Counted from the stretch's first letter, positions 39,888 to 49,194 are shown. The stretch: 64,000 nt of DNA from Candidatus Parcubacteria bacterium (GCA_002869165.1 PKTK01000001.1:157006-221005); one strand, 5' to 3'. The notes: a model not told the origin generated them from the letters alone. Numbers and translations: made by a program.

Positions 39888-41606
39888 ATGATAAATTATC
39901 TTGAAAAATATAAAAATTTACCCAAAGAGTTAAGAGACAGGGTGTCTACCCCAGCTGTAATGGAAGCAATTCATGAATTGGAGCAGAAGTACAATGTAAA
40001 ACTAGCAACCATAATAATGCGAGTAATGGTGAGGGATATTGAGATAGAGCGTTTACATAGTCTTTTTGTATATGAAAACGGCTTGGATGATAATAATGCC
40101 AAGGAGCTTATAAAAGAGTTAAATGAAAGGGTTTTTTCTAGTATCTCTGCGTATTTAGATTATATTCATAACAGTAATGTGCGTATTCCCACTGAAGAAG
40201 GAGCTAAACAAGAACCAGTAAACACGTCTAATACGAAAAATTCAGCTGACTTTTATTTCTCAGCTGAGGATGAGGAGGAGGTTCGAAGTCAGGCAAAGGA
40301 TCTAGGTGACTTGGATAAGAGGGAGTTAATTGCCAAGCAAGTAGAAAACAAGATAGATCAGATATTGGCTGAAGTTAATGTTATTTTTAGCTCTGAGGAT
40401 ATGATGCTCCGTTTGCGTCAAATTCTTAAGACATATTTAAAAGGCGTTAGGAATAAAATAGACACTATTTCAGTTTTAAAAAGAGAAATAGAGAATGGAG
40501 GCTTAGCCTTGGATGATGAGATCGCAGATGATATTCTGAAGGTGGTTGACTTGATAAAGAAAGATGAAGCAGAACATCCAGGTCGACCCCTAGAAGAAGT
40601 TAAAAAAATTGATTTTGAAAAAGAAGAAAAAATAAAGATCGAAAAAGAAAATATAAATAACGATGTGCCATATGATTTTAGTGGTTTACAAAATCAAAAA
40701 AATATTAAAACCGATGAGCAAGACCCTGTTGTAATAGATACACAAAATAATATTGAAGAAAAGGAATCTTTGATGGTTGATAGTCTTGAAGTTGAAAATG
40801 AGCCCAATGTAGAGAAAGAAGAACAAGAAGATAAAACAAAAAACACATTACCAGATCATAATTTTGGGGAAATCAGTCCAGAGGAGAAGAGTAGCAATAT
40901 TGATCTTCGTATCCCTGAAGAAAAAGAAGAAGTAAAAGATGAAAATAAAGAAGAGCTTGTTTTTGTAAGCGATAAGATTGCTTCAGATTCTTCTCCAGCA
41001 GATAATAATTCTGTTATAGAACAAGAGCAAAAAGAAGGAGAAAAAAAAGAAGAGGAAAAAGAGATGGTTATTGACCTAAAAGCAGGTCAAGAAGATAATA
41101 ACCAGACAGAAGTTTTGGCTGAAAAAACAGAAGAGGGTAGCGGTGATGTTGGATTTAAGCCTGGCATGATGGCCAAAGCTAGAAATAGTACACCAAGCAA
41201 TAATGAATTTAAAGAAAGGTTTGCTAGTCAGTTTAATTCACAAAATAATGGCAAAGTAAGAATGGAAGACATAAAGCATGTTTCTAAATTATCAGGACCT
41301 GAAGAAGAATTGGCCTCCATGACTTTAGTTGACTTTCGCCGTTTAGGTGATTCACCTAATGAAAGAATTGATAAAATAATAAATATGTTAAATCTTTTGG
41401 AAGAAGAAAGTTTTAGTAAAAGAATGATCGGCATCAAAGCTTGGCGGAAAAGTCCTTTAAATACTATGTACAGACAACTTGGGCAAGAGAGTATGACTAA
41501 ACAAAAAGACATTAGAGAGCTTTTGTACGAAAAAGATGAAAGTGAATGTATGAGCAAAGAAGAGTTTGATGCAGTTATGCAGTTGAATAAGAAATTGAGA
41601 TATTAA
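39888..41606 (+). CDS. hypothetical protein with long E/K-rich low-complexity centre
   Basis: ORF track; AAGGAG directly abuts the ATG, so the exact start is uncertain. Confidence 0.6.
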   Translation: MINYLEKYKNLPKELRDRVSTPAVMEAIHELEQKYNVKLATIIMRVMVRDIEIERLHSLFVYENGLDDNNAKELIKELNERVFSSISAYLDYIHNSNVRIPTEEGAKQEPVNTSNTKNSADFYFSAEDEEEVRSQAKDLGDLDKRELIAKQVENKIDQILAEVNVIFSSEDMMLRLRQILKTYLKGVRNKIDTISVLKREIENGGLALDDEIADDILKVVDLIKKDEAEHPGRPLEEVKKIDFEKEEKIKIEKENINNDVPYDFSGLQNQKNIKTDEQDPVVIDTQNNIEEKESLMVDSLEVENEPNVEKEEQEDKTKNTLPDHNFGEISPEEKSSNIDLRIPEEKEEVKDENKEELVFVSDKIASDSSPADNNSVIEQEQKEGEKKEEEKEMVIDLKAGQEDNNQTEVLAEKTEEGSGDVGFKPGMMAKARNSTPSNNEFKERFASQFNSQNNGKVRMEDIKHVSKLSGPEEELASMTLVDFRRLGDSPNERIDKIINMLNLLEEESFSKRMIGIKAWRKSPLNTMYRQLGQESMTKQKDIRELLYEKDESECMSKEEFDAVMQLNKKLRY

Positions 41607-41625
41607 ATTAGTAAATGACTACATT

Positions 41626-42033
41626 GTTAAAGTGTTAAATTGTTTATGGAAAGCAAGTTTTTGATGTTAGGAGATTTAAACTCTTATTGTATTTCTTTTG
41701 GATTGTCAAATTATGTTTGGGGTGTTGTGGTTAATTGGGATAATTTTAGCAAGATAACAGTAGGGAAGCAATTTGTTAGGTCTGTAGATTCGATTTCAGC
41801 AAATACTGCAGAAGGTTTTGGCCGTTACAATAAGAAAGATAAAATAAAATTTTATAGATATAGCTTTGGCTCAGTAAAAGAATCTTTAGATTGGAATCAA
41901 AAAGCATTTTCAAGAAATTTGATAAACAAACAAGCGCATAGCCATATATATCATGAGCTTGATAAAATGCCAAAAAGAGATAAATTCATTAATTAAATAT
42001 ACTAACCAAAAATTAACAATTTAACAGTTTAAC
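41626..42033. mobile_element. inverted-repeat-bounded four-helix-bundle gene cassette (IVS-like), copy 3
   Basis: GTTAAAGTGTTAAATTGTT (41626-41644) matches the reverse complement of 42015-42033 at 18/19. Confidence 0.6.
41646..41996 (+). CDS. four-helix-bundle protein (23S rRNA IVS-protein family)
   Basis: ATG at 41646 preferred over the track's TTG at 41640; GKQFVRSVDSISANTAEGFGRYNKKDKIKFYRYSFGSVKESLDW is the family pattern. Confidence 0.8.
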   Translation: MESKFLMLGDLNSYCISFGLSNYVWGVVVNWDNFSKITVGKQFVRSVDSISANTAEGFGRYNKKDKIKFYRYSFGSVKESLDWNQKAFSRNLINKQAHSHIYHELDKMPKRDKFIN

Positions 42034-42045
42034 TATTTATATAAA

Positions 42046-42522
42046 ATGCAACAATTTACCGTACCACAATTTATTGATGTCGAAGATAAGGTGATTGGCT
42101 TTATTACTGTTAGGCAGTTTATTATACTTTTGGTAGCAGCCTTGATAATTGCTATTTTGTACAAATTGCTTTACTTTGAAACATTTATTATCAGCGCTGT
42201 TATAGTTGCTTTTATTGCTATTATTGTCGCATTTGCCAAAATAAATGGTGTTAATTTTCATATCTTTTTTACTAATTTCCTAATAACATTATTCAAACCC
42301 AATGTTAGAGTTTGGAATAATGCTTTTGGAAAAGATTATGTGAAAATTGTTGCTGAAAAGGTGGTGGAAGACTCAAAAGAACCAGAAGTGATAAAGACTT
42401 ATAGTTCTTCAAGACTTACTGAATTGTCTATGATTGTAGATACCCAGGGTGTTTTTAAGGGAACTGAGACACCTGAAGATCAGAATGTTGATTATAAAAA
42501 AACATTACATAGTAGAAATTAA
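42046..42522 (+). CDS. PrgI-family (VirB3-like) T4SS membrane protein
   Basis: MQQFTVPQFIDVEDKVIGFITVRQFIILLVAALI plus a second TM; immediately upstream of VirB4-type genes. Confidence 0.7.
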   Translation: MQQFTVPQFIDVEDKVIGFITVRQFIILLVAALIIAILYKLLYFETFIISAVIVAFIAIIVAFAKINGVNFHIFFTNFLITLFKPNVRVWNNAFGKDYVKIVAEKVVEDSKEPEVIKTYSSSRLTELSMIVDTQGVFKGTETPEDQNVDYKKTLHSRN

Positions 42523-42533
42523 TAATTATATTT

Positions 42534-43223
42534 ATGCCTGAGAGAGGAAATTTATCTAGAAAAAAAATTAGACAATCAACACAACAATTTCTTGATATTG
42601 CTGAGATCAAAGAAGATGTTGTTATCATGAGAGACGGGACTCTTAGAGGAGTGTTGCTTGTTTCTAGTATTAATTTTGCCTTAAAAAGTGAAGAAGAGCA
42701 AGATTCAATAATATCAGCTTATATTAGTTTTTTGAATAATATTAATTTTCCCATTCAAATAGTGATTCAATCAAGAGAGTTGAATATTGAAGGCTATTTG
42801 AATATGCTCGAAGAGAAAAGAAAAGTACAGACCAATGAACTTTTGAAGATTCAAACCAGTGAATACATTCATTATATCTCAGAACTTGTTTCTATGAGTA
42901 AGATTATGAACAAGCGTTTTTATATTGTTATCCCATATAACCCATTAGCCGACAAGGAAAAATCCCTGGGATCCAAGTTAATGGATGTCCTTAGGCCAGC
43001 GACTGTTATTAAAATGAAAGAGGAAAAGTTTTTGAAAAATAAGGCAGAGTTAAATCGTCTGATAGAGAACGTGATGGGAGGTCTTACTTCGGCTGGTCTG
43101 CATTCAGTACAGCTAGACACCCAGAGCTTAATAGAACTTTATTATAATTCTTATAATCCTGGCACCTCAAGTTTGCAGAGAATGGCAGATGTTAAGGATT
43201 TGAGAATTTCTAGAGATTTATAA
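42534..43223 (+). CDS. T4SS-associated protein resembling the N-terminal domain of Gram-positive VirB4 proteins
   Basis: QQFLDIAEIKEDVVIMRDGTLRGVLLVSSINFALKSEEEQDSIISAYISFLNNINFPIQIVIQS; pattern recalled from Orf16/TcpF-type VirB4 N-termini; no ATPase motifs. Confidence 0.4.
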   Translation: MPERGNLSRKKIRQSTQQFLDIAEIKEDVVIMRDGTLRGVLLVSSINFALKSEEEQDSIISAYISFLNNINFPIQIVIQSRELNIEGYLNMLEEKRKVQTNELLKIQTSEYIHYISELVSMSKIMNKRFYIVIPYNPLADKEKSLGSKLMDVLRPATVIKMKEEKFLKNKAELNRLIENVMGGLTSAGLHSVQLDTQSLIELYYNSYNPGTSSLQRMADVKDLRISRDL

Positions 43224-43239
43224 ATTTTATAATTTAAAT

Positions 43240-45177
43240 ATGTTTGATTTTTTAAGTTCACAAAAGACAAAGCTAAATAAACAAAATCAAGACGCTAAAG
43301 CAGAACAGCCAGTAGAAGCTAATATTGAAGAGACCAAGGAATACATTGAAGAGGAAAAAGCCTATCGGCGTGGTGTGATAGGTATAAAAGACTTGATCGC
43401 TCCAGCTAGTATGAAAGTAACCCCTAGCTATCTTGAGCTTGGTAATAAAAAGGTTCGTACCATTTTTGTGATGACTTATCCTCGCTATATTACAGTTGGA
43501 TGGTTTGCGCCAATTATCAACCTTAATTCCATGTTTGATGTTTCAATGTTCTTCTATCCAGTGGATTCAGCAGTGATATTGAAACAGTTAAAAAACAAAG
43601 CTGGTAATATTGAAGCTCAGCTTTATGAAGATCAGGAAAAAGGTGCAGCTAGAGATCCAATGAGAGAGAACGCTTTGAGAGATATTGAGGCTTTGCGTGA
43701 TGCCTTGACTCAGGGTGTAGAGAAGTTTTTTCAGTTTGCCTTATATGTAACAATGTACGAGGATGATTTAGTGACTTTGGATAGACAAAGCAGGACAGTT
43801 GAAAATCTTTTAGGAGCTAGGTTGGTATATTCTAAAAAAGTTTTTTATCAGGCAGAACAGGGCTTCAATTCAACTCTACCAGTTTGTAATGATGAGCTGA
43901 TTGTTAGTTTTAATATGAACTCTTCTCCAATTGCTTCGTCATTTCCATTTATTTCCAGTGACCTTTCAACAGATAATGGAATTCTTTATGGAATCAATAG
44001 ACACAACAACAGTTTGATATTATTTGACAGATTCAGTTTGCAAAACGCCAATGCTGTTGTTTTTGCTACTTCTGGTGCTGGTAAGTCATATGCAATCAAG
44101 CTTGAAGTTTTGCGTTCATTGATGCTTGGAACAGATGTGATTATCATTGATCCTGAGTATGAATATAAGCATTTATCTGAAGCAGTGGGAGGCACTTACT
44201 TTAATTTCTCTTTGTCTGGAGAGAACAAGATTAATCCTTTTGACTTGCCTCGAGCTGTAGGTGGAAATGCAAAATCTGGAGACATTATTCGTAATGCGGT
44301 TATTACAGTTAAGGGTCTTCTCAGATTAATGCTTGGTGATTTGACCCATGAGGAGGATTCTATTGTTGACCAGGCTTTGTTACAAACATATGCCAAAAAG
44401 GATATAACCCCTGATAGTGATTTGGCTAATGTTGAAGCTCCTCTTATGCAAGATTTTAAAGAAATACTTGAAGGTATGAATGGTGGAGCTAGTATTGCTC
44501 TTAGACTTAATAAATATACCGAAGGAACCTTTTCGGGTTTATTTAATAGCCCAACTAATGTCAGAATGAAGAATAAATTAATTTGTTTTTCTGTTAGAGA
44601 CTTGGAAGATGAATTAAGGCCAATTGCTATATATATGATTATTAATTATATATGGAATGTTGTTCGAAGTGAGATGAAGAAGAGAATATTGGTAATTGAT
44701 GAGGCTTGGTGGCTGATGCAATACGAGGATTCAGCCAAGTTTGTATATGCTATGGCAAAACGTTGTCGTAAATATTATTTAGGAATTACTACCATCACAC
44801 AAGATGTAAATGACTTTTTGGTCTCACCATATGGCCAAGCTATTGTAACCAACTCTTCTTTGCAGTTATTGCTCAAGCAGTCAACCGCGTCAATTGATCT
44901 AGTACAAAAAACATTTGCTCTAACAGAAGGAGAGAAATATTTATTACTAGAATGCGGGATTGGTGAAGGTATATTCTTTGCTGGGGCAAAGCATGCAGCC
45001 ATTAAGGTAGTAGCATCTTATACTGAAGATCAGCTTATCACATCTGATCCTCGTCAGATCATGGAGATTGAGCAAGCCAAAAAAGAATTTTCAGATAGCA
45101 TGAATACTGACTCAGGAGCCAGACAGAGTTCCACAGATATTGCCGATCCTGAGGGTGTTGAAGACATGGATATTTAA
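43240..45177 (+). CDS. VirB4/TraE-type T4SS ATPase
   Basis: Walker A FATSGAGKSYAIK, Walker B RILVIDEAWWLM, TQDVNDF; N-domain YPRYITVGWFAPIINL. Confidence 0.8.
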   Translation: MFDFLSSQKTKLNKQNQDAKAEQPVEANIEETKEYIEEEKAYRRGVIGIKDLIAPASMKVTPSYLELGNKKVRTIFVMTYPRYITVGWFAPIINLNSMFDVSMFFYPVDSAVILKQLKNKAGNIEAQLYEDQEKGAARDPMRENALRDIEALRDALTQGVEKFFQFALYVTMYEDDLVTLDRQSRTVENLLGARLVYSKKVFYQAEQGFNSTLPVCNDELIVSFNMNSSPIASSFPFISSDLSTDNGILYGINRHNNSLILFDRFSLQNANAVVFATSGAGKSYAIKLEVLRSLMLGTDVIIIDPEYEYKHLSEAVGGTYFNFSLSGENKINPFDLPRAVGGNAKSGDIIRNAVITVKGLLRLMLGDLTHEEDSIVDQALLQTYAKKDITPDSDLANVEAPLMQDFKEILEGMNGGASIALRLNKYTEGTFSGLFNSPTNVRMKNKLICFSVRDLEDELRPIAIYMIINYIWNVVRSEMKKRILVIDEAWWLMQYEDSAKFVYAMAKRCRKYYLGITTITQDVNDFLVSPYGQAIVTNSSLQLLLKQSTASIDLVQKTFALTEGEKYLLLECGIGEGIFFAGAKHAAIKVVASYTEDQLITSDPRQIMEIEQAKKEFSDSMNTDSGARQSSTDIADPEGVEDMDI

Positions 45178-45204
45178 TAGGAATTTAAAATAATTTAATA
45201 TAAT

Positions 45205-45870
45205 ATGAACAAAAATTTAGGAATATTATTAATATTATTTTTAGGACTCGCCCTTATCGGTGCTATTGTTTATTTTGTATTTTTTGCAAATTTGCAATCA
45301 GACTCTGTTCAAACTTTTGATATTGATGCAGGAGTTAATCAAAATACAGCAAATGATACGAGTTCTCAGGTCAATAATCAAGACAATGAACCAGTAGTCC
45401 ATAAAATAGAAAAAAAAGAAGAGGAGGGAAATAACACATCAAAAGTTGTTAGTAGTGGGAAAACAACAGTAGAAGCTGTAGTAACAGCTAGTGTTCTTGA
45501 AAGAATGGCCAGCTCATTTGCGGAAAGATTTGGCAGTTTTTCCAATCAATCAAACTACAGCAATGTTTTGGATTTACGTATGTTCATGACAGAGAAAATG
45601 AAGGCATGGGCTGAGAATTATGTTGAAAAAAACAAAAAAAATAGCGTGGCAAGCGATATATACTTTGGCGTGACAACCAAAGCAGTTTCCTCAAATACCG
45701 AGACTTTTGATGAAGACAAAGGCGAAGCGATTATCTTAGTAAAAACCAGAAGACGTGAAGCCACTGGAACTACTAATAATTCAAGCAAAATCTACAACCA
45801 GGATATTTTAATTTCTTTTGTAAAGGAGGATGAAGCTTGGAAAGTTGATAGTGCATATTGGCAGAATTAG
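45205..45870 (+). CDS. bitopic membrane protein, VirB8-like candidate
   Basis: Single N-terminal TM plus an extracytoplasmic domain of about 130 aa ending ...ILISFVKEDEAWKVDSAYWQN (my guess: NTF2-like); call by architecture only. Confidence 0.35.
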   Translation: MNKNLGILLILFLGLALIGAIVYFVFFANLQSDSVQTFDIDAGVNQNTANDTSSQVNNQDNEPVVHKIEKKEEEGNNTSKVVSSGKTTVEAVVTASVLERMASSFAERFGSFSNQSNYSNVLDLRMFMTEKMKAWAENYVEKNKKNSVASDIYFGVTTKAVSSNTETFDEDKGEAIILVKTRRREATGTTNNSSKIYNQDILISFVKEDEAWKVDSAYWQN

Positions 45871-45873
45871 TTT

Positions 45874-46614
45874 ATGTTTAGAGAAATATTTAAAAATGAG
45901 TTAACAGTTAAGCTATTTGTGATAGTTTCTTTGTTGGCTTTTTTTGTTTTTAGTGCCTTTTTGATTTTGAATATTGAAAAAGGCGATAATACTAACGATG
46001 AAGCAGAAGAAGATATGAACGTTAAATATTATTTGAATGAGGACTATAATCATAAAGATCCCTATACCACCAAAGTTCCTAATTTGGAGGATATGTTACG
46101 TGGGCCAATTATCTCAGAACTGGACCCGGTACTAGGGGATATAAATTCTTCTGTAATGTTAGTTATTTTTACAGATTTTGAGTGTGAATATTGCAAAAAA
46201 CAGGAAAAAATAGTAAAAGAATTAGTAGAAGATGATAATGTAAGTTTGATGTGGAAGGATTATCCAGCCAATGATATTGATTCTAGGTCTTTTAAAGCAG
46301 CAATAGCTGCTAGGTGTGCGCAAAAAGAAGGAGCGTTTTGGGAGTATCATGATGAGTTATATAAGTCTAATTTGAGCGATGAATCATTTTTACAAATTGC
46401 TCGAGACTTGAATTTTGACATGGATGATTTCGAGGATTGCTTGGTGAGTTCAGAAGCAAAACAGTCAGTAGTAGATAATATAATAGAGGCTGATGCCTTA
46501 GGAATAGTAGGTATTCCTTATATGTATATAAATGATCAGGAAGTATTCGGAGAGACTTCAAAAGAAGAGTTACTTCAACTAATAAATATTGAAAAGGAGA
46601 AAGTAAAACAATAA
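45874..46614 (+). CDS. membrane-anchored DsbA-like thioredoxin-fold protein
   Basis: N-terminal TM; active site FECEYCKKQ; similar in layout to 9647..10336. Confidence 0.75.
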   Translation: MFREIFKNELTVKLFVIVSLLAFFVFSAFLILNIEKGDNTNDEAEEDMNVKYYLNEDYNHKDPYTTKVPNLEDMLRGPIISELDPVLGDINSSVMLVIFTDFECEYCKKQEKIVKELVEDDNVSLMWKDYPANDIDSRSFKAAIAARCAQKEGAFWEYHDELYKSNLSDESFLQIARDLNFDMDDFEDCLVSSEAKQSVVDNIIEADALGIVGIPYMYINDQEVFGETSKEELLQLINIEKEKVKQ

Positions 46615-47960
46615 TGTCCAAAGAACTTAAAAAAATATTTTCTTGCAATAATTGCGGCGCCCAATTTCCTAAATGGAGTGGGCGTTGTTTGGAATGCGGA
46701 ACTTGGGGATCTTTAGAAGAAGAGATTGCTTCAAAGAAAAATACAAGCAGCGAAAAAGTTGAAGCAATAGATCTTAAGAACCTAGACAATATTCCAGATG
46801 AAAATTTATCTAGAATGAAGATAGGAGTAACAGAGGTTGATAGAGTTTTCGGTGGGGGAATAGTACCTGGTTCGCTTATTCTTCTTTCTGGTGAGCCAGG
46901 AGTAGGCAAATCAACTATACTTGCACAAATAACTGGCAGAGTAGCTAAAAGTTACAAGGATGAGGAATATCCAGTGATATATATAAGTGGTGAAGAATCA
47001 GCTCCTCAGGTAAAATCTCGCTTCAAAAGATTGAAAGGAGATTTGTCTAAAGTTTTTTTTGAATCAGTTACTAGTATTGAAAAAGTTGTAGCTACCGCCA
47101 AAAAGCATAAACCAAAACTTTTGATTATAGACTCTGTGCAAACTGTGCATAGTGATATGGTGCCTAGTGAGACTGGTAGTATAAATCAAATTAGAGCTGT
47201 AACTGTGAGTTTGTTGGAATTGGCAAAGCAAAATAACATATCTGTTATTATTGTCGGACATATAACCAAGGATGGACAAGTAGCAGGACCAAAGTCACTT
47301 GAGCACATTGTTGATGCTGTAATAAATCTTGAGCATGATTCTTCCAATCAATATCGAATTTTGCGTGCTTCTAAAAATAGATTTGGCTCTGTGAATGAAA
47401 TTGGAATATTTGAAATGACTGCTCAAGGTTTTGTGGAAATAAAAAATCCTAGCCTCGCATTTGCTTCTGATGAAAATGGACAAGTTTCAGGGTCTGTTGT
47501 GGCCTGTATTATGGAAGGAAGTAGACCTTTTATGGTGGAGGTACAAGCTTTGGTTGCTAAAACAGTTTTTGGCTATCCACAAAGAAAAGCATCTGGTTAT
47601 GATCTGAACCGCCTGCAAGTTTTAAGCGCGGTATTGCAAAAAAAGGCCGGGCTAAACTTAACAAATCAAGATATTATAATAAATATAGTCGGCGGTTTAA
47701 AAGTTAATGATACTTCATTGGATTTAGCAGTATGCGCTGCAGTTATTTTGTCTTTGGCTGGGAGTAGTTTGAAACAAAAAACTTTGTTTATTGGCGAGGT
47801 TGGTTTAGGAGGAGAAATTAGACCAGTTTCTAGAATGAATGAGAGGGTAGAAGAGGCCAAAAGACTTGGATTTAAAGAAATTTATATTCCTAAAAATACT
47901 AAAACCAAACAAGGAATAATGATCGATTCACTGGAAAATCTGAAAAGCGAATTGATATAA
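46614..47960 (+). CDS. radA: DNA repair protein RadA/Sms
   Basis: Zn-ribbon CNNCGAQFPKWSGRCLECGTWGS, Walker A GEPGVGKST, KNRFG, Lon-like C-domain; start overlaps the upstream stop (TAATG). Confidence 0.9.
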   Translation: MSKELKKIFSCNNCGAQFPKWSGRCLECGTWGSLEEEIASKKNTSSEKVEAIDLKNLDNIPDENLSRMKIGVTEVDRVFGGGIVPGSLILLSGEPGVGKSTILAQITGRVAKSYKDEEYPVIYISGEESAPQVKSRFKRLKGDLSKVFFESVTSIEKVVATAKKHKPKLLIIDSVQTVHSDMVPSETGSINQIRAVTVSLLELAKQNNISVIIVGHITKDGQVAGPKSLEHIVDAVINLEHDSSNQYRILRASKNRFGSVNEIGIFEMTAQGFVEIKNPSLAFASDENGQVSGSVVACIMEGSRPFMVEVQALVAKTVFGYPQRKASGYDLNRLQVLSAVLQKKAGLNLTNQDIIINIVGGLKVNDTSLDLAVCAAVILSLAGSSLKQKTLFIGEVGLGGEIRPVSRMNERVEEAKRLGFKEIYIPKNTKTKQGIMIDSLENLKSELI

Positions 47961-47963
47961 ATA

Positions 47964-47999
47964 AGCTACAAAAATACAAATCTATACGAATTTACAAAT
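47964..47999. repeat. solo degenerate arm of the GGCTACGAAAATACGAATC family
   Basis: AGCTACAAAAATACAAATCTATACGAATTTACAAAT versus the 16931-16966 arm; no inverted partner found. Confidence 0.7.
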
Positions 48000-48204
48000 T
48001 AGTTTTTGTCATCTTTGGTCTCTATAATGATGCAAAAGAAAACCAGGAATCAATCGTTTTATTTAAGAAGAATCTTAGATTTTTTTTAAGTAATGCTTCA
48101 GAATCCAGAAAGACAAAAATGCATGATTCAAAATTTTTAATGATTTGTGGTATTGTAGCTTTTTGTAATACTATTGAAAAATTATTTAAAATTAGCTACA
48201 ATAT

Positions 48205-48942
48205 ATGTATAAAAACATGAAAAATTTGTCCCATATTTGGTATAATTATGTTAGCTATACTAGTGTAATGCTAGTAATTTTGTTGTTGCTTGGAGGATGC
48301 AGTATTTTTGCAAATGAAAAAGATCAGGATTTGTCCTGGAAAAATGATGTTTTGTTAGCCCAGGAATGTGGTGAAGAAGGTTTAATGTGTTGTTTAGAAA
48401 AAGATCCTCTTTGTAAATATGGTGATTGTTGTTTTGATCCAAATAATCCTGAGAATAATATTTGTTCACAAAGTTGTGATTATGGGACTTTGGATAATTT
48501 TTGCCGAGAGGGAAACGACTGTGATGCTAGTTTGTCTTGCTATGAAAGTTTTTGTGTGGTATGTGGAGGACTAGAACAGCCTTGTTGTGCGGATGAAACA
48601 TGCTCAGACGGAGGGACATGTTTTCGTGGAGAGTGTGTTGAGTGTGGTGTAACTGGTAATCCCTGTTGTGAAGGTGAAAAAAAATGTTTTAATCAAGCAC
48701 TAGAAAATTCTGATCGAGCAGAGTGTATAGACGAGATGTGCACTTTGTGTGGCCATGATGGAAATATTAAGTGTCAAAAAGAACCCTTCTGTAATGAGAA
48801 CCATTTACAGAATAATTATATGTGTTTACAATGCGGTGGTTTTAATCAACCATGTTGTAGAGAGATTGTTGCTCCAGGCGAAACCAGAAAATACTGCTTA
48901 GAAGAAGATTTGGAATGTAAATTAGATTTTTGTAGTAAATAA
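48205..48942 (+). CDS. Cys-rich repeat lipoprotein
   Basis: Lipobox LLLLGG|C; repeated C..CG....PCC modules (CGGLEQPCC, CGVTGNPCC, CGGFNQPCC). Confidence 0.7.
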   Translation: MYKNMKNLSHIWYNYVSYTSVMLVILLLLGGCSIFANEKDQDLSWKNDVLLAQECGEEGLMCCLEKDPLCKYGDCCFDPNNPENNICSQSCDYGTLDNFCREGNDCDASLSCYESFCVVCGGLEQPCCADETCSDGGTCFRGECVECGVTGNPCCEGEKKCFNQALENSDRAECIDEMCTLCGHDGNIKCQKEPFCNENHLQNNYMCLQCGGFNQPCCREIVAPGETRKYCLEEDLECKLDFCSK

Positions 48943-48962
48943 TTTAATATTTTATAAAAAAA

Positions 48963-49190
48963 ATGGAAAATTTATTTAAAAAAATCAACAACAAAATAAA
49001 CGGTGTCATTTTATCATTTTTTACAACTGGAATAGTGTTGATAATTGTGGCTATTTTAGTTGCTTGGACTGAGTTTGTTCTTAGGTTGTTAGTCGCCTTA
49101 TTTATATTGTTGATAGCTTATACTTTTATTTATGCTTCCTATAAACTTAGGAGCATAAAAAAGGAGATTGAAAAACATTTTAAATTTTAA
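48963..49190 (+). CDS. small two-TM membrane protein
   Basis: ORF track; two hydrophobic helices. Confidence 0.5.
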   Translation: MENLFKKINNKINGVILSFFTTGIVLIIVAILVAWTEFVLRLLVALFILLIAYTFIYASYKLRSIKKEIEKHFKF

Positions 49191-49194
49191 AAAT

